Shown one piece after another: positions 25,790-39,402 of a stretch of 64,000 nt of DNA. Origin of the DNA: Eledone cirrhosa (lineage: Eukaryota); assembly GCA_964016885.1 (NCBI GenBank), contig CAXHJY010000344.1, positions 1-64,000 on the forward strand, given 5' to 3'. Numbering within the stretch: position 1 is the first letter of the stretch; the number at the start of each line of letters is the position of its first letter. The notes beneath the pieces are model-generated. The model worked only from the letters and a program-made list of their open reading frames with translations, was not told the DNA's origin and did no database searches. The position numbers and the translations under genes are program-made.

Positions 25790-26020
25790 ACAGACGACAC
25801 TTACACCATTTTGTCTGCGACAGGGGCATATAGTGGGGATGGCGTAGCTGAAACATGTTGAGGGAGGGGGTAGAGTCTCTCCGCCACCAACACCTTGTCT
25901 ATAGAGGAGGTGGCGAAGGGTAGACATGTCTAGCTGAGGGAGGGGTTACAGTCTCCCTACCACCACCCCCTTGTCTGTGGAGGAGGTGTAGCTGAGACAT
26001 GTCCAGTAGATGGGGAGGAA
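25790..26020 (+). repeat. Imperfect tandem repeat (2-3 units)
   Basis: tagctga...gggagggg.ta.agtctc..c.ccacca...ccttgtct..gaggaggtg is repeated. Confidence 0.6.
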
Positions 26021-26458
26021 GGAAAAGCAAAGATGAGGAACCTGCGATCTTCTATGCCATTTGTGCGGCCTTTTGAAAGAATAAAAAATTTCCAACAAGT
26101 TATTAATTTTTATTAATGTGTTTTTTACTATCTCTTATTTTAATTTAAACCTCTTACCGGCGGGAATCTACATTCTCATATCGAACCAAAATCAAGACAC
26201 CTTTGAGATCACAAATGGCAGATACCCATCTGGAGGTTCAGTTGAAATATCGGACCTCCATGTTGCAACCAAATATCAAAATGTTTTCCTAAAACAAGCA
26301 GTCACTAAAAACAAAGTCATTAGCTTTAAAATTCATGTTTTTCTTCGTTTTTTTTTTGTTTGTTTTAGATAATTAGTATATAGTAATTAGATTTTTACAA
26401 AATAATGTAGATTTTAAGAATAAAAATTTATGGTTCCTTGAAAGCGCCTTATTTTATT

Positions 26459-26660
26459 GGTTTCTGATTAAGGCATAAGGCCAAACATTTTGGGGGAAGG
26501 CAAAGTCGATTAAATCGACCTCAGTGCATTACTGGTACTTTATTTTATCGACCCCCTAAGGATGAAAGGCAAAGCTAACCTCGGCAGGATTTGAACTCAG
26601 ATCGTGAAGGGCCGTAGCTCTATGACATAAAGCATGTTGTCCGATACTCCACCGCCCTTT
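26459..26660 (-). mobile_element. SINE family A, long-tail variant
   Basis: Same body as family A with a tail ending cctaaatcagaaacc. Confidence 0.8.
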
Positions 26661-27537
26661 GCAGCCTTATATTAAAAGTAACTTAATGTGGCCTTTCAAC
26701 ATGAAAAGGTTTCTCACCTCTGGAATAGAATCTCATTACTATCGCCACTGTGGAGGAGGTGATGTATCTTAGATGTAACTTCAGCTGAGAGCGTGGGCGA
26801 CCTTACACGCCAGTTGCTTTTATGTCTTATGAATTTTCAATAAAAAAAATATAGCTTCTGTGTCTTAGATAGTTGGTGTTCATATATAATATTAGAAAAA
26901 TGAGATTAAACGTGATAGAATTAAATGTTTTATAGTTTTATACAAGACATAGTTGAAAGTAATAGAGAGAAAGTGACGCCTGAACGAGTATCCACCACCT
27001 CCAACTAACTTACAAACTCCGCCTTGAATTCAGGGAGTAAAGGGACATAACTATGCCGCAAAGCATGTTGTCCGACGCTCAACCGATACTACTGCCAATT
27101 CTCCGCCCTAATCCAGCAATTAATAATAGACTCCAGTCGTTTTATTTTCTGAGAACGTTAGACATCGAGATATTAATCACACCGTCTTAAATATAGCTGT
27201 ATTGGACAATGGAGTTCCTGGTACACGTTAACACGAGTTGGTCATGAGTGGAATGTATCTGATGAAACAACTGCTCAGAGTTGGTGTGAAGCTAAACAAG
27301 AACAGTCTTGGGAAATATTGTAGACACAAATTGGAACATTAAATGGAATGGAATATTAAAAATACTCATACAACATATTTAAAGTCATGAATTAAAATCC
27401 AATATATATTGTAGTACATTCATAGTAACAATGCACACACATATTCTCATTAACAAGACTCACTATTCAGCCTTAATAAAATGATTAAAACTCTACTTCG
27501 GTATTGAGTATTCTCTTCTCTCAGCCGTCAACCACAT

Positions 27538-27573
<36 letters not shown>

Positions 27574-27634
27574 CCGATTATTATTGACGACTACGTGAAT
27601 GAATATTCAATACCAGAGATGAAATTAAACTTTA

Positions 27635-27760
27635 CTTTATTAAAGCCAATTTTGAGTCTTCTTACTCTGGAGTTTCTCCTGCGTACTCATAGGGTGATGT
27701 CCCTAAGGGCGCACAGGAGAAATTCCAGAGCAACAAGATTCAAAATTGGCCTTAATAAAG
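27635..27760. repeat. Fold-back palindrome made of two HHR 3' halves
   Basis: Arms ctttattaaagccaattttgagtcttcttactctggagtttctcctg and caggagaaattccagagcaacaagattcaaaattggccttaataaag. Homologous to 13612-13660. Confidence 0.8.
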
Positions 27761-29229
27761 AATACATATATATAAATATACGGACGGTATTGTTGAAAAC
27801 GAACGACGGAACTTGCAGGTGGTGGCTCTATCTGCTAGAAATAGCAGCCAAACCACAACGTACTACCTTCTTAAAAGCAAAGGACACATTAGATGATGGT
27901 AGTTCTAGATATACTTAGACCAGCAGAATCCTTATGCTTAATATACCGTCTGCTCCATCAAGGTTGACTTGAGAGCTAAACAACATAAAAAGGTAATACA
28001 ATACTGATAAATATATATGGGGTCGGTTCTTCCTCTATTTATTTTCCCACTTCCATTCTCTCACTCTCTACTCTCCTTTTCTGGAAGAAATCTGCTGTAT
28101 TCAGATCTGGAGAAGATTGGATTTAAAATGCCCTAGAAACACTATAAGTTACGGGACCATGTTTTTTAAAATATATTTTCAATCAAGTATTTGGAGAAAT
28201 TTAGTAACTCTATCATAATCAAGTTAGTGTTTGGAACCTAACTTAACAAAGGTTCTTACATAAAATTATGATGGAAGGTTTCTCGATAAACAAATAGTTT
28301 ATAGCAAACAGTTTTTTTATATCATAGAAACAGGCCGTTACATCTTTTTTAATCGTAGGATCAGGTTGTTTCAAGTGATTTGGTATCATGAATTTTGAAG
28401 TTTAAAGCACCAGCACAAACAAACATATTGAGAAAGTGAATACAAACATAGAAACTACAATTTTCATGTGATTAAGAAATATAAAAACAGCAAATCTTAA
28501 ACTAAAAAGTTTGTCATTGAGTAACATGTGGTTTATATCGTTGAAATTTCTAAATAAAAAGGAAACTAGAAATATATTGCTCACGTAGTCTACTAGATGT
28601 TGTAGTTAAGCGCTACGTTTGTTAGTCCTGATTGATTAATCCTATGATTTAATGACCTTCCAATCGTGACTTTCCTGTCATGTGTGGTATTCCAGGGAGA
28701 GGGGTGGTTAAGGCGATATGGTATGATTTGAAGGAAACTGGCGGTTATATTTAAATATCCGAGCAAACACGTAAAGGTTTCCGTATTGGCGCGTAATATA
28801 CAATATTTATGATGAAAGATACATCAGTTATATATTGTGGTTAATTAACATAATAGATGTAGCAGAGCAGAGCAGAGTTGAATTGTGACAGGGAAATGCA
28901 ATGAATGTCATCTCTTTCCATTAGGAAAACTTAAATCTAAGTCTTTAATGAAAACACAGTTGGAGAGTTAAATGAATAAACATTGTTGTCTGATTGAGAC
29001 GAAGCGAGAATGTATTTGAATTCATATAAAAAATGAGAAAACTCATCGCCAGAACGGCCAAATGCTGTCAAAGACAGCGATGGACGTATATGCCACAGAG
29101 ACAATTTAATTAAGAACAAGTTTTCCATTCTTGAGTAAATATTAAATACTAGTGGACCAGTGTCATTAATAATGTTGGCAATAGTGTTGAATGTATTACA
29201 TTTTTGGAGTCCATGATTGTCAGGCCGTA

Positions 29230-29350
29230 CGAAGGGATGCTGCAAATTTCCTGGCTTTGGGTAAAAGAAAATAGAAGAGGATCAGTTAATTCTGATTTCT
29301 TTCAACATATTCCCGTCTCAGATTCACACACCTATTGCAGCAGTCCTACT
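29230..29350 (-). mobile_element. Partial mariner MITE
   Basis: Reverse-complement homolog of 56990-57108. Confidence 0.75.
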
Positions 29351-29589
29351 TCCCCTGTGGAGGTAACAGCTCTACCCTTTCGCGGTATCCATAAAGCCGG
29401 GATCTTTTCAGCACCCCCTCGTATATACCAGGATTACTGGATATATGAACAATCATACAAACTCGAAAATGTTTGTTTTGATACATTAATGAATGGTTTG
29501 CATAAGAGAAGCCCTATAGCTTTATGTTGATTACTGACATGTGCAAGTAATTAAAGATAAAAATATTTAAATAATTTATTTGTAGGATA

Positions 29590-29670
29590 TACGATGCCCG
29601 TGAGGGTGCTTGGTTGTTTCAGCGCCTTAGCCACGCCATCACACGCGGTAATGCTGCGAGCGGCGTTTAG
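29590..29670 (+). pseudogene. CRE-like retrotransposon C-terminal fragment
   Basis: Reads YDAREGAWLFQRLSHAITRGNAASGV*. Confidence 0.65.
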
Positions 29671-30920
29671 CTTGCCTCAAAAATTTCTGTTGACGCATGT
29701 GATGTAAGGCCGATTGTTGTACTTGGTTTCTTCTCGCTTTGATTATATATTTTTGTGTATTATATTTATAAGGTTCCTAGCAATAATTAATTGATTACAT
29801 GTATGTATTTCTATCTAATCTTATATATTTGTTATATGATAATAAAATTACATAAAAGTTCAGTATATATATATATCTATAAATAACATACAGGATTAAA
29901 TAATTATTTATAGGGACAAATGCAAAGTTAGAACCCAGGACCTTGTAATTGGAAAGTGAATTTCTTATTGTAGCAACATGACTGAGATAGGAAATGCATT
30001 GTGTATGTATGTAAATCCTTTTTAATGAGTTACAGGCACACACACACATATATGCACACACATACACAAACACGCACCGCGAATTATTATGGTGGTTAAT
30101 ATGAATACAGAAAGAAAATGTTAGTAAAACAAACTAGTAAATATTAGAAAACCAAAGAAAAAGACATTATGACTCACATAAACTTTTAAAATTCAGATTG
30201 CTTTCAAGTTTCTTTTGTTAGCGATTTTAGTTCATTAATGCAGTTGTTCTCGCACATCAGCCCTCATAAAGCCCTTCCTTACGATTTAACAACAGCAATA
30301 TAAAATAAATAGCTACTCCTATCAGTATTAATTTTTGGGAGTTACCTTTTATCTATTGTCCACGTTGAAATTACATTTTCCTCACTTCATTCATAAATCG
30401 AAATTGGTATAGTCCTATTTACGGGTTCCATTACCGTGAAAGTGAAATTTTCAAATGGAAAATTGAAAACCGCAACATAAACAACTAACGTACCTTTGTT
30501 TCTGTTTATACACATGAAATTGCGAACCATTAACTGAACTTTGGGTGATCTAATCAATCAATGCCCATACAATAAACTCTTGAAGGGCGATGGATAAAAG
30601 CAAAAAAGAAAAGTTTTCAAAATATACGCAAATAGATGAATTTCTGTATTCTTCGTATTTGTATGAACATATGTGGAGGGCTAAATTTAACGACCTTCAT
30701 CAGCTTCTTGCGAATCACATTTCCTGTAATAATGAAATCTATATCTTCAGTTGAAGGATTTTGCTAAGTACAATTTCCATTTTATTTAGCAGTTTCCATT
30801 GAACTTTCACAGCTACTATATATATTCTCTTACAATTAACAATAACTGTTTTTCTATTTTAAGTATACTTTTCATTCGTACTACTATATATATATACATA
30901 TAATGATGATGATGTTTATG

Positions 30921-30967
<47 letters not shown>

Positions 30968-31030
30968 AAAAAAAGATGAAATCGAAAATGCAACTGGAGT
31001 CTTATTTTTAAAAAAAATATATTTATTTGG

Positions 31031-31075
31031 TTCCTTTACCGGTTTCGCAGTTCTTCTGCTTTTCAAAAGTAGAGT
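31031..31075 (-). ncRNA. Minimal hammerhead ribozyme, U3-A8 core variant
   Basis: Minus strand reads ctt TTGAAAA gcag-aagaa-ctgc GAAA CCGG TA aag, with palindromic ACCGGT. Confidence 0.72.
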
Positions 31076-31420
31076 TGAGATGGAGGGTCTGTGGGTTTTT
31101 TTAACTACGGCGTCTTTTTCTCCTGTTTTCTTTTTCTTACTTTCGTCTATCTTTCTATTTCTCCATTTCTTCTCTCTCATCATTGTCTTCCGATGAAAGA
31201 CTAACGTCCAAAAGTTTAAGATACGTTTTCCTATTATATCAAGCGTTATACAAATATATATCATCATTGTATTGTATTGTTTTCCCGTACTGTTTTTCTT
31301 TGTTAACGTTTCTCATGTATATATGGTGAAAAAACGGAATGGTAAGTTATATCCAAAGTTGGTGGAGCACTCAGTCCAAAGAACGAGTTCGGTGTTTTTT
31401 TTATTTCTTGTTGAACTAAG

Positions 31421-31483
<63 letters not shown>

Positions 31484-31750
31484 CTCACCAAAACAGAACA
31501 AAGAAGACACAAAATAAATTAGCCACTGAGGAAGTCACAGAATGTGTAACGAAAGAGCTTTGACAATAAACAATCGTCCGGTTTTTAAACTAACCAACTG
31601 GAAGTTTATAATAAATTGAAGTGAAAACCAACAAGTGTGTTCGTTTTTATTGGCAACATGACTCTCAAGAAGTATAACAATAAAACAGACAGACCTGCCA
31701 ACCTCTAAAAACCATGAAAAAAAGAACCCCAAAATTGGGAGATTTTACAT

Positions 31751-31932
31751 AATTGTTTCTACTTTAGGCACAAGGCCAGCAATTACCCAGTGCATTACTG
31801 GTACTTTATTTTATCGACCCCGTAAGGATGAAAGGCAAAGTTAACCTCGACGGGATTTGAACTCAAACCGTAAAGGGACGTAACTATGCTAGAAAGCAGG
31901 GCGTACAACCCTCTACTGACACTGCCAATTCA
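31751..31932 (-). mobile_element. SINE family A
   Basis: Complete copy. Confidence 0.85.
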
Positions 31933-32221
31933 CATAATGAAAGCTATAACCATTTTCAAAAGAGAAGACATCTGTCACCAACCTCAAAGGCTATTGCAAA
32001 TCTCCCCGTCAGACACCGAGAGTTGACAGGTCTGCAGAGAGCCGAAACAAATACCACGAAGTATTTTATCTGACGTACTAACGACTCTGCCAATTTACCA
32101 CCAACACAATCCATGTTTATATATTTCTAATGTGATAAACTATATTTTCTCACCCAAAACCAGATTAATTATAAGACTACCTCTGAAGAGATTATTGTTA
32201 CGTCTATTTCTCATAGATATT

Positions 32222-32650
32222 ATCTCTCTCTCACTCCCTCAACCCATCTCTCTTACTCAACACTTCTCTCAATACTTCTCTCTCTTACTCAACCTCTCTC
32301 TCACTCTTACTCAACCTCTCTTTCTCTTACTCAACCCCTCTCTCTCTTACTCAACCTCTCTCTCTCTCTCTTACTCAACCTCTCTCTCTCTTATTCAACC
32401 CATCTCTCTCTCTCTCTTTCTCTGTCTGTCTCTCTTTTACTCCACCTCATACTCTCTCTCTCTTACTCCATCTCTCTCCCTATCTCTTTATTACTTCTCT
32501 GGCTCTCTCTCTCACTCTCTCACTCCATATCTGTCTCTTACTTCATCACTCTATTACTCCTTCACTCTCCCCTCTATTACTCCATCTCTTTCACTTTCTC
32601 TTCCTTTCCCCCTCTCTCTCTTTCTATCCCCCCCTCTCTCTCTCTCTCAA
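32222..32650. repeat. (CT)n-rich low-complexity repeat
   Basis: ctctcttactcaac units. The 178-aa ORF here is an artefact. Confidence 0.85.
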
Positions 32651-32834
32651 CAGACAGACAAGCTGTAATAGGATTATCAACAGTCTGTAATTAATACATT
32701 AGAATTTAGTTACAATATTCTGTGGTGTTTTCCATGTAAGACTTATAAGTTAGATGTAAAGATTTCTGTTTGGTGAGTCAAAGAGTGTGGAAGACATGGC
32801 CTAGTCGTTGGTTACAGTGCCAGTATTATTATTG

Positions 32835-33028
32835 GCGGTGGTGGATTGGCAGTATCGGTAGAGGGTCAGACACCATGCTTTGACGTATAGAGTTACGGCC
32901 CTTGCCATTCTGAGTTCAAATCCCGCTGAGGTTAACTTTGCCTTTCATCCTTACGGGGTTGATAAAATAATGTACCAGAAATGCACTGGGGTAATTGCTG
33001 GCCTTGTGTCAATAGTAGAAACAATTAT
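32835..33028 (+). mobile_element. SINE family A
   Basis: Complete copy. Confidence 0.85.
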
Positions 33029-33424
33029 TGTAGGGTCGTAGTTTCCATCCTTGAACTAAGTGGTGTGTTGTGTCCTTAAGTAAGACGCTCCATTTCACAT
33101 TACTTCAGTCCACTCAATAATATGTACAGGTGGTTGGTTAACCCATGCTAGCATGGAAAATGGACATTAAAAGATGATGATGGTGATGGTGGTTTCCATC
33201 CCCGAACTAAGTGATATGTTGTGTCCTTCAGCAAGACATTTCATTTCACATTATTCCAGTCCGCTCAACAATGTGTACAGGCAGCATCTGCGGTTTAACC
33301 ATGTAATGGACAGATGTTATACGATTCTTCAAAAATCATGGAACCCATAGCTATATTTTACGGACTATGTCAAAAACCACCTTAAGACATTGTCTAAAGT
33401 CTGTCTCAAGCCAAGAGGCTCATG

Positions 33425-33676
33425 AGGCCAGTGCTTATCCCGGTTTCCATGGCCTTAAGTGACTAAGAGTACAAGACTTCTCCCTGGACATGATGCCAGT
33501 CCATCACTGGGTTAAATACCCAGTTATTGCTGGTACTCATTTATAGTTTAATATACTGGAGCAACATGAAATAAAGTGTTTTGCTTAAGAACACAACACA
33601 CAACTCAGTCCAGGAATCGAACCTACAACATTATGATCATAAGTCCAACTCCCTGACCACTAGGTCACGTGCCTAC
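33425..33676 (-). mobile_element. tRNA-derived SINE with a single head
   Basis: Homologous to 15765-16018. Confidence 0.8.
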
Positions 33677-33952
33677 ATTAAATGAAACAGAATTTGTTTT
33701 AGAGACAGAATTTATTCATATAAAAAAAAAACCATAAAAAATTGTGAACAAAGTGGTTGGCTCAGGAAGCATTGGGGGGAAATTTGAAATTTTAGAAATA
33801 TTTATAAAGTTATTTTAGATGACACCTTATCTCATGGAACTGCAGAATTTCTCTTCGTACCCTGGAGTTCCTTGGAATCCTCTCTGGGAAACACTATGAC
33901 ATATATCTCAATATATCTATGACATATGTCTATATATTTCATAAATATTGTG

Positions 33953-34232
33953 AAGGCACATGGCTTTGTGGTTAGGGTATTCAGCTCACGATCGTAAGGT
34001 CAATAGTTTGATTCCCGGCAGCGGATTGTGTTCTTGAGCAAGATACTTTATTTCACGTTGCTCCAGTTTCCTCAGTTGTATCTGTAATTTGAAAGGCCAG
34101 CCATGTCACATTCTGTATCACGCTGAATCTCCCTTCAGAAAATGCTCGGCCACTTGCACGTTAATTTCACGAGCAGGCTGTTTCATTGATCGGATCAATT
34201 GGAACACTCGTCGTCATAACCAATGGAGTGCC
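33953..34232 (+). mobile_element. SINE family B
   Basis: Head and body as at 19450-19752. Confidence 0.85.
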
Positions 34233-35269
34233 TTCCATTGTAAATATAGTGGCGTATGTCTCTATATGACATAGATATACTGGACATACGTTTCTATATA
34301 TCTATTATATATATCTATCACATGATGGCATATAAAGGCATAATTCTCTACATATGTATATGTGTGTCCGTCATTTCAACTGAAACTGGGAAACAAACAT
34401 AAAACTTCATTCATATAAGAGATTGTTTATTTCACTCATACTTGGGTAATTACATTCTGTCATACTATAACATTATTAAATATAAAATATTAATTATATA
34501 CTAATTAAAATCAGTTACATTTAATGAAGGAGTTGAGATTTATTTCATTGAAATTTCAGCTGTTTATAACATCATCCCCAAATAACTAAAAACATTTTAA
34601 AATATACTGAGATATGGAAACCAAGATTTCATTACAACTGAATCACAAATATTATTTTTGCATGAAATTGAAACGAGATTTATATCAGATTAAATAATAA
34701 ATGGGGGGGGGGGGGAATAAGCAGGGAATTCAACCCAAGACCTAATATTTGTGAAACGAACTTCTTACTTGTTTTGCCATTCTGTGTCCACTCCAGTGAA
34801 GTAGAAAAATGCACAACAATGCAGAAAATACTTAAGTGGTCGCCATCCAAGATGTGAAAATAATTCTTAAGTGGTCACCATCCTAGGTCTGGCAATAATT
34901 CCCACCAATTTCAAGACTTTTAAGACACTGGACATTATTGATATTTCCAAGTTTATTTTCGTCTTTCTCACTCCAAAGCTTTTTATTGTTTTTTTTTCTG
35001 ATTTGGTTCTTTTTTTGGCCTTTTTTATTATACATTTTTAATTTTCTGTCGTTGTTGTTGTCGACGCCATTGTTTTTCTTTTGTCATTGGTAAGAAAGTA
35101 TTTTTTATTTGTTTTCTTTTTTTTTTAAATATTTGGTCAGTGTAAAGGATGTGGATACGTCAGCCATTGTTGCCAATGACATTGCTATCGCCATCGTCAT
35201 CAAAGTCCACCTTCACCTTCACCTTCACCTGCTAACATCACCATCGCCAGATTTATCAGCGTTGCTTTG

Positions 35270-35871
35270 TTGTCTACATCATCATTCCCATCATTGTCAT
35301 CATTGTCATCATTGTTGTCATGAACATCGTCATCAGCAGCATCAGCTGTGTCAGTCCTAACATTGGCGTAATCATTGCCATTTGTCATCATCATCACTGT
35401 CACAGCTATTATCATAACCACCACCACCACCACCACCATCATCACTGTCACAGCTATTATCATAACCACCACCACCACCATCATCATCATCACTGTCACA
35501 GCTATTATCATAACCACCACCTCCACCACCCCCATCATCATCACTGTCACAGCTATTATCATAACCACCACCACCACCACCATCATCATCACTGTCACAG
35601 CTATTATCATAACCACCACCACCACCACCACCATCACTGTCACAGCTATTATCATAACCACCACCACCACCACCACCATCACTGTCACAGCTATTATCAT
35701 AATCACCACCTCCACCACCCCCATCATCATCACTGTCACAGCTATTATCATAACCACCACCTCCACCACCCCCATCATCATCACAGCTATTATCATTAAC
35801 ACCACCACCATCATCATCATCATCACCATCACTGCCATCATCATCATCATCATCATGTCACAGCTGTTATC

Positions 35872-35902
<31 letters not shown>

Positions 35903-35905
35903 CAC
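35270..35905. repeat. Minisatellite of 42-48 bp built on CAT/CAC triplets
   Basis: About nine units of catcactgtcacagctattatcataac(cac)n. Confidence 0.9.
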
Positions 35906-38083
35906 CAACTGACAGCTCCAAGACAGCTCATGGACTTTTGATTTGTACAAGTTCCTCAATCCACCCCACTCCTCCCTATTTATATGTTATCCCTAACACT
36001 GTTCAATCAATAAATTCAATAGCTCAATAGATCAATATTTCCATAGCCTCATATTGACTGGTTGTGTTTTTACATCTGGAAAGAAAGTAGATCCAGCATG
36101 GCCAAAAGATTAAGGAATTCACTTTGCAATCATTAAGTCCCAGGTTCAATCCTACTGCATGACATCTTATGTATGTGTCATTTACTTTAGCTTTGGGTTG
36201 ACTTATGCCTTGTGTGTGAAAGTGGATAGACAGAAACTGTTTGGAAGTCTGTCTAATGGACTGTATCTACTCTTGGGTTCCAAATGATAGGGGTGAGGAT
36301 AAGCAGGGGTTGGGGAATCAGTAATTTTTCTAGGTTATCTCTGTTAATTTAAAAAAAAAAACAGAATTGGTTGTTTATTTTACATTTTGAGACCCCAAAC
36401 TTTTTATTTTATAACGTATGAGATTTCTAGTCATGTACTTTTTTTGTCATGTATAATGTTTTTTAATGTCTGAAGAAAATTAATTGTTCCAGGAATGCTA
36501 CCACTTAAAATAAAATTTCGCCAGAGATGGATTATCAAAATTCAATTGAGTGTGTGTGTAGGGTTTGAGTTGGTGGGTTGTGGAACAAATCTGAAAAATT
36601 AATAGGGATGAGGGGGGGGGGGGGGTATTATTCAAGAACTGAATACTCTGTCACCCAGAATTTCTTAAATGAAATATACTGTATCTGAATTAATCAATGA
36701 AGAATTTAAAAAGGAACTTCCAAACATTAGTAATTATTTCATTATTAAGGTGGCATTTGTAACATAAAATGGTTCTTAGATCCAATTATGCTAAAAGATA
36801 TTAATTTAAATAGGAACCCTTTGAAATCAGTGGTTTGGTTTCATAGAACGAGAAGTGGTTTTGGGGATGTTGTGGGGTGGTATCAAATGGGTTAAAATTA
36901 GCAGTTTTTGTTTCATAGAACTAGAGGCCAGGTTGATATGAAAAGGTTAAAACAGTGGATGCACTTTGAAAGAGAATTGGTTGCTATTTCTACCAGGTCA
37001 AACTACCAGGTAAAGCAATGGTTTTCAATTTATTGTCTGCTGACTCTGTGGTACTAGTAGGTTAGGACAGGGGGCCAACAGATCTTGGGATATTGCTAAG
37101 GTAGTCCTGGAGGGCCGTGAAGGGGTTAAGTAAACAGAATTTTCTTAAGACTGATATTCGTGGGAAAGAAATTAATTTAAATAAATGAGGTTATAAGGTT
37201 AGGAATGTAAGTGTATGTTGGAAGGAGGATGAGGTAAAAATACAAATGGCAGGTGGTGGTGGAGAAGGGAGGGGAACAAGGGTTGGAAAGTAAGAATTCA
37301 ACTGAGTGGAGTGGAGTAGAAATGATAGTATGAGGGTGAGTGAATAAAGGAATGATTGAGGGATGTAAATGGATGGGGATATGGCTGGGGTAGACTGATG
37401 AATAAATAATACAAAGGTAGGAAGAAAAAATGTAGAAGATAGATGAGAGATAACTAGAGTAAGTTAGATCATCAAGTTAGTGAATGGGGGACACAAAAAA
37501 CCATAGCTTTTTTCTGGGGAATTGAAAGGACTGTATTAAAGAGACAACTCTAAAATATCTGAAGTGACATGAAGTGAATGATTCAGACCTTAAATTACAT
37601 AAGATGATGATTGTTTATCAGTGACATACAATATGTGTGTATTGTAGAACATAGCTTAACAATATCAACAATCACTGACTATGAAGTAAATACAATGATT
37701 GTACACAAGTATAGATAGGGCCTCACATTCACCTGCTGTGGCCCTAAGCTATAGGGAATTTGAGGCCCTTCTTTAAAAAAAAAATTGGGGTAAAAAATTT
37801 TAAATAATTATACATTTTTATTATTTTTTTATATTAATTAGGACGGTAGTTTAGAGGTAGAGCATCAAACACCATGCTTTGCAGCATAGAGTTATGGCCC
37901 TTTACATTGTGAGTTCAAATCCTGCCGAGGTTAGCTTTGCCTTTCATCCTTATGAGGTCGATAAAATAAAGCACCAGTAATGTACTGGGGTAATTGCAGA
38001 CCTTGTGCCAAAAGTAGAAACATTATTTTTTTATGTTAATGATAAAGAATAAATTATATATGAATATATATATATATATATAT

Positions 38084-38316
38084 ATGGCTTAGTGGTTAGA
38101 GCATTGGGCTTGCAATTGAAAGGTTGTGAGTTCAATTCTAGGACCGGGTGATGTGTTGTTTCCTTGAGCAAGACACTTTATTTCACATTGCTCCAGTTTA
38201 CTCAGCTGTAGAAATGAGATGATAGGACTGGGGTCCCTATCATTAAATCACCCAAGACACCTCCAACGAGATATACCTTGGAGGAGGCCAGCTAAACCTA
38301 CATAGGTGTGAGCTGT
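38084..38316 (+). mobile_element. tRNA-derived SINE, family B head with a distinct tail
   Basis: Closely similar copy at 49478-49712. Confidence 0.85.
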
Positions 38317-38373
<57 letters not shown>

Positions 38374-38463
38374 TTTCCATCTTTTAAGGATCTTCACTCT
38401 ATTTTATAAGCTATCTTTTTAGCATTTCTGTGCTTGAGCACTTTCTTTATACTTATATATATA

Positions 38464-38559
38464 CAGGGTGTCCCAAAAAATCTATACACACTTTGATTAC
38501 CTGTACAGACAATATTCATTAGAATGTTTTTGAAGTGTGTATACATATTTTGGAACACC

Positions 38560-38562
<3 letters not shown>
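38464..38562. mobile_element. 99-bp Tc1/mariner MITE
   Basis: TA-cagggtgtcccaaaaaatctatacacactt ... aagtgtgtatacatattttggaacaccctg-TA. Confidence 0.85.
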
Positions 38563-38603
<41 letters not shown>

Positions 38604-39402
38604 CTTTATCAACAACATTGATATAAAAAATAATTATGTATAATTATTTTAAAAAAATTTATGAGTTTTTTTAGAAAAGTACCTCAAATTTCATATACCT
38701 TAGGTCCTCAGCAGGTGAAAATCCGGCCCTATACTTGGTTATCCCTAATCCTTTATTGATAATCTTTTAAAAGCTAATCCAATCTTCAATCCTCAGCCCT
38801 TAATCTTCTATTTTAAACTAATGTCAGTAGATACATGTTAGATAAATACATTTTATCTATAAACATCTTCATATGAAGTTTACATTTACATTCATATGTT
38901 ATGGTTCTGTAACTCCTGAGGGAGTCGTATGGGTGCCCCGTGTGAACATATGACATTTCTAGGGCATTTTTAAACCTGGCAGAACCCAACTCTCTCCAGG
39001 CCTGAATACAACAGATGTCTTCCAGAGAAGGACAGAGAGAGTGAGAGAATGGAAGTGCGAAAGAGATATAGAGGAAGAATCTACCCCAGTTCATGACTGG
39101 TACTTCATATTAATAGATCTCTCTAGATCTGAATGCTGCAGATTTCTTCCAGGGAAGGATAGTGAGTGTGAGAGAGAATGGAAGGGAGAAAGAGATATAG
39201 TGGAAGAATCAACCCCATTTCATGACTGGTACTTTTTTTATCGACCTCAAATAGATGAAAGGCAAAGTTGACCTTGGCAGGGTTTGAAATGAGAGAGCAG
39301 ACAGTCTAAATAAATACTGCAAAGCATTTTATCCGATGTTCCAGCGACTTTGTCACCATCTGTAGATTATATTTTGGAGATTACAGAAGACCAGACACTG
39401 AA

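Noticed and set aside
27255-27300. CTGATGA followed by a hairpin
   Set aside because: GAAG instead of GAAA and no stem III or NUH site.
28937-29245. 102-aa minus-strand ORF
   Set aside because: No recognisable motif, and its start lies in a mariner TIR.
30690-30710. Minus-strand CTGATGA
   Set aside because: No GAAA closing a stem II nearby.
35200-35941. His-rich and Thr/Ile-rich ORFs
   Set aside because: Triplet minisatellite open in several frames on both strands, with no signal peptide or unique flanking coding sequence.
38084-38150. tRNA genes at SINE heads
   Set aside because: A and B boxes run into SINE bodies with no complete acceptor stem.
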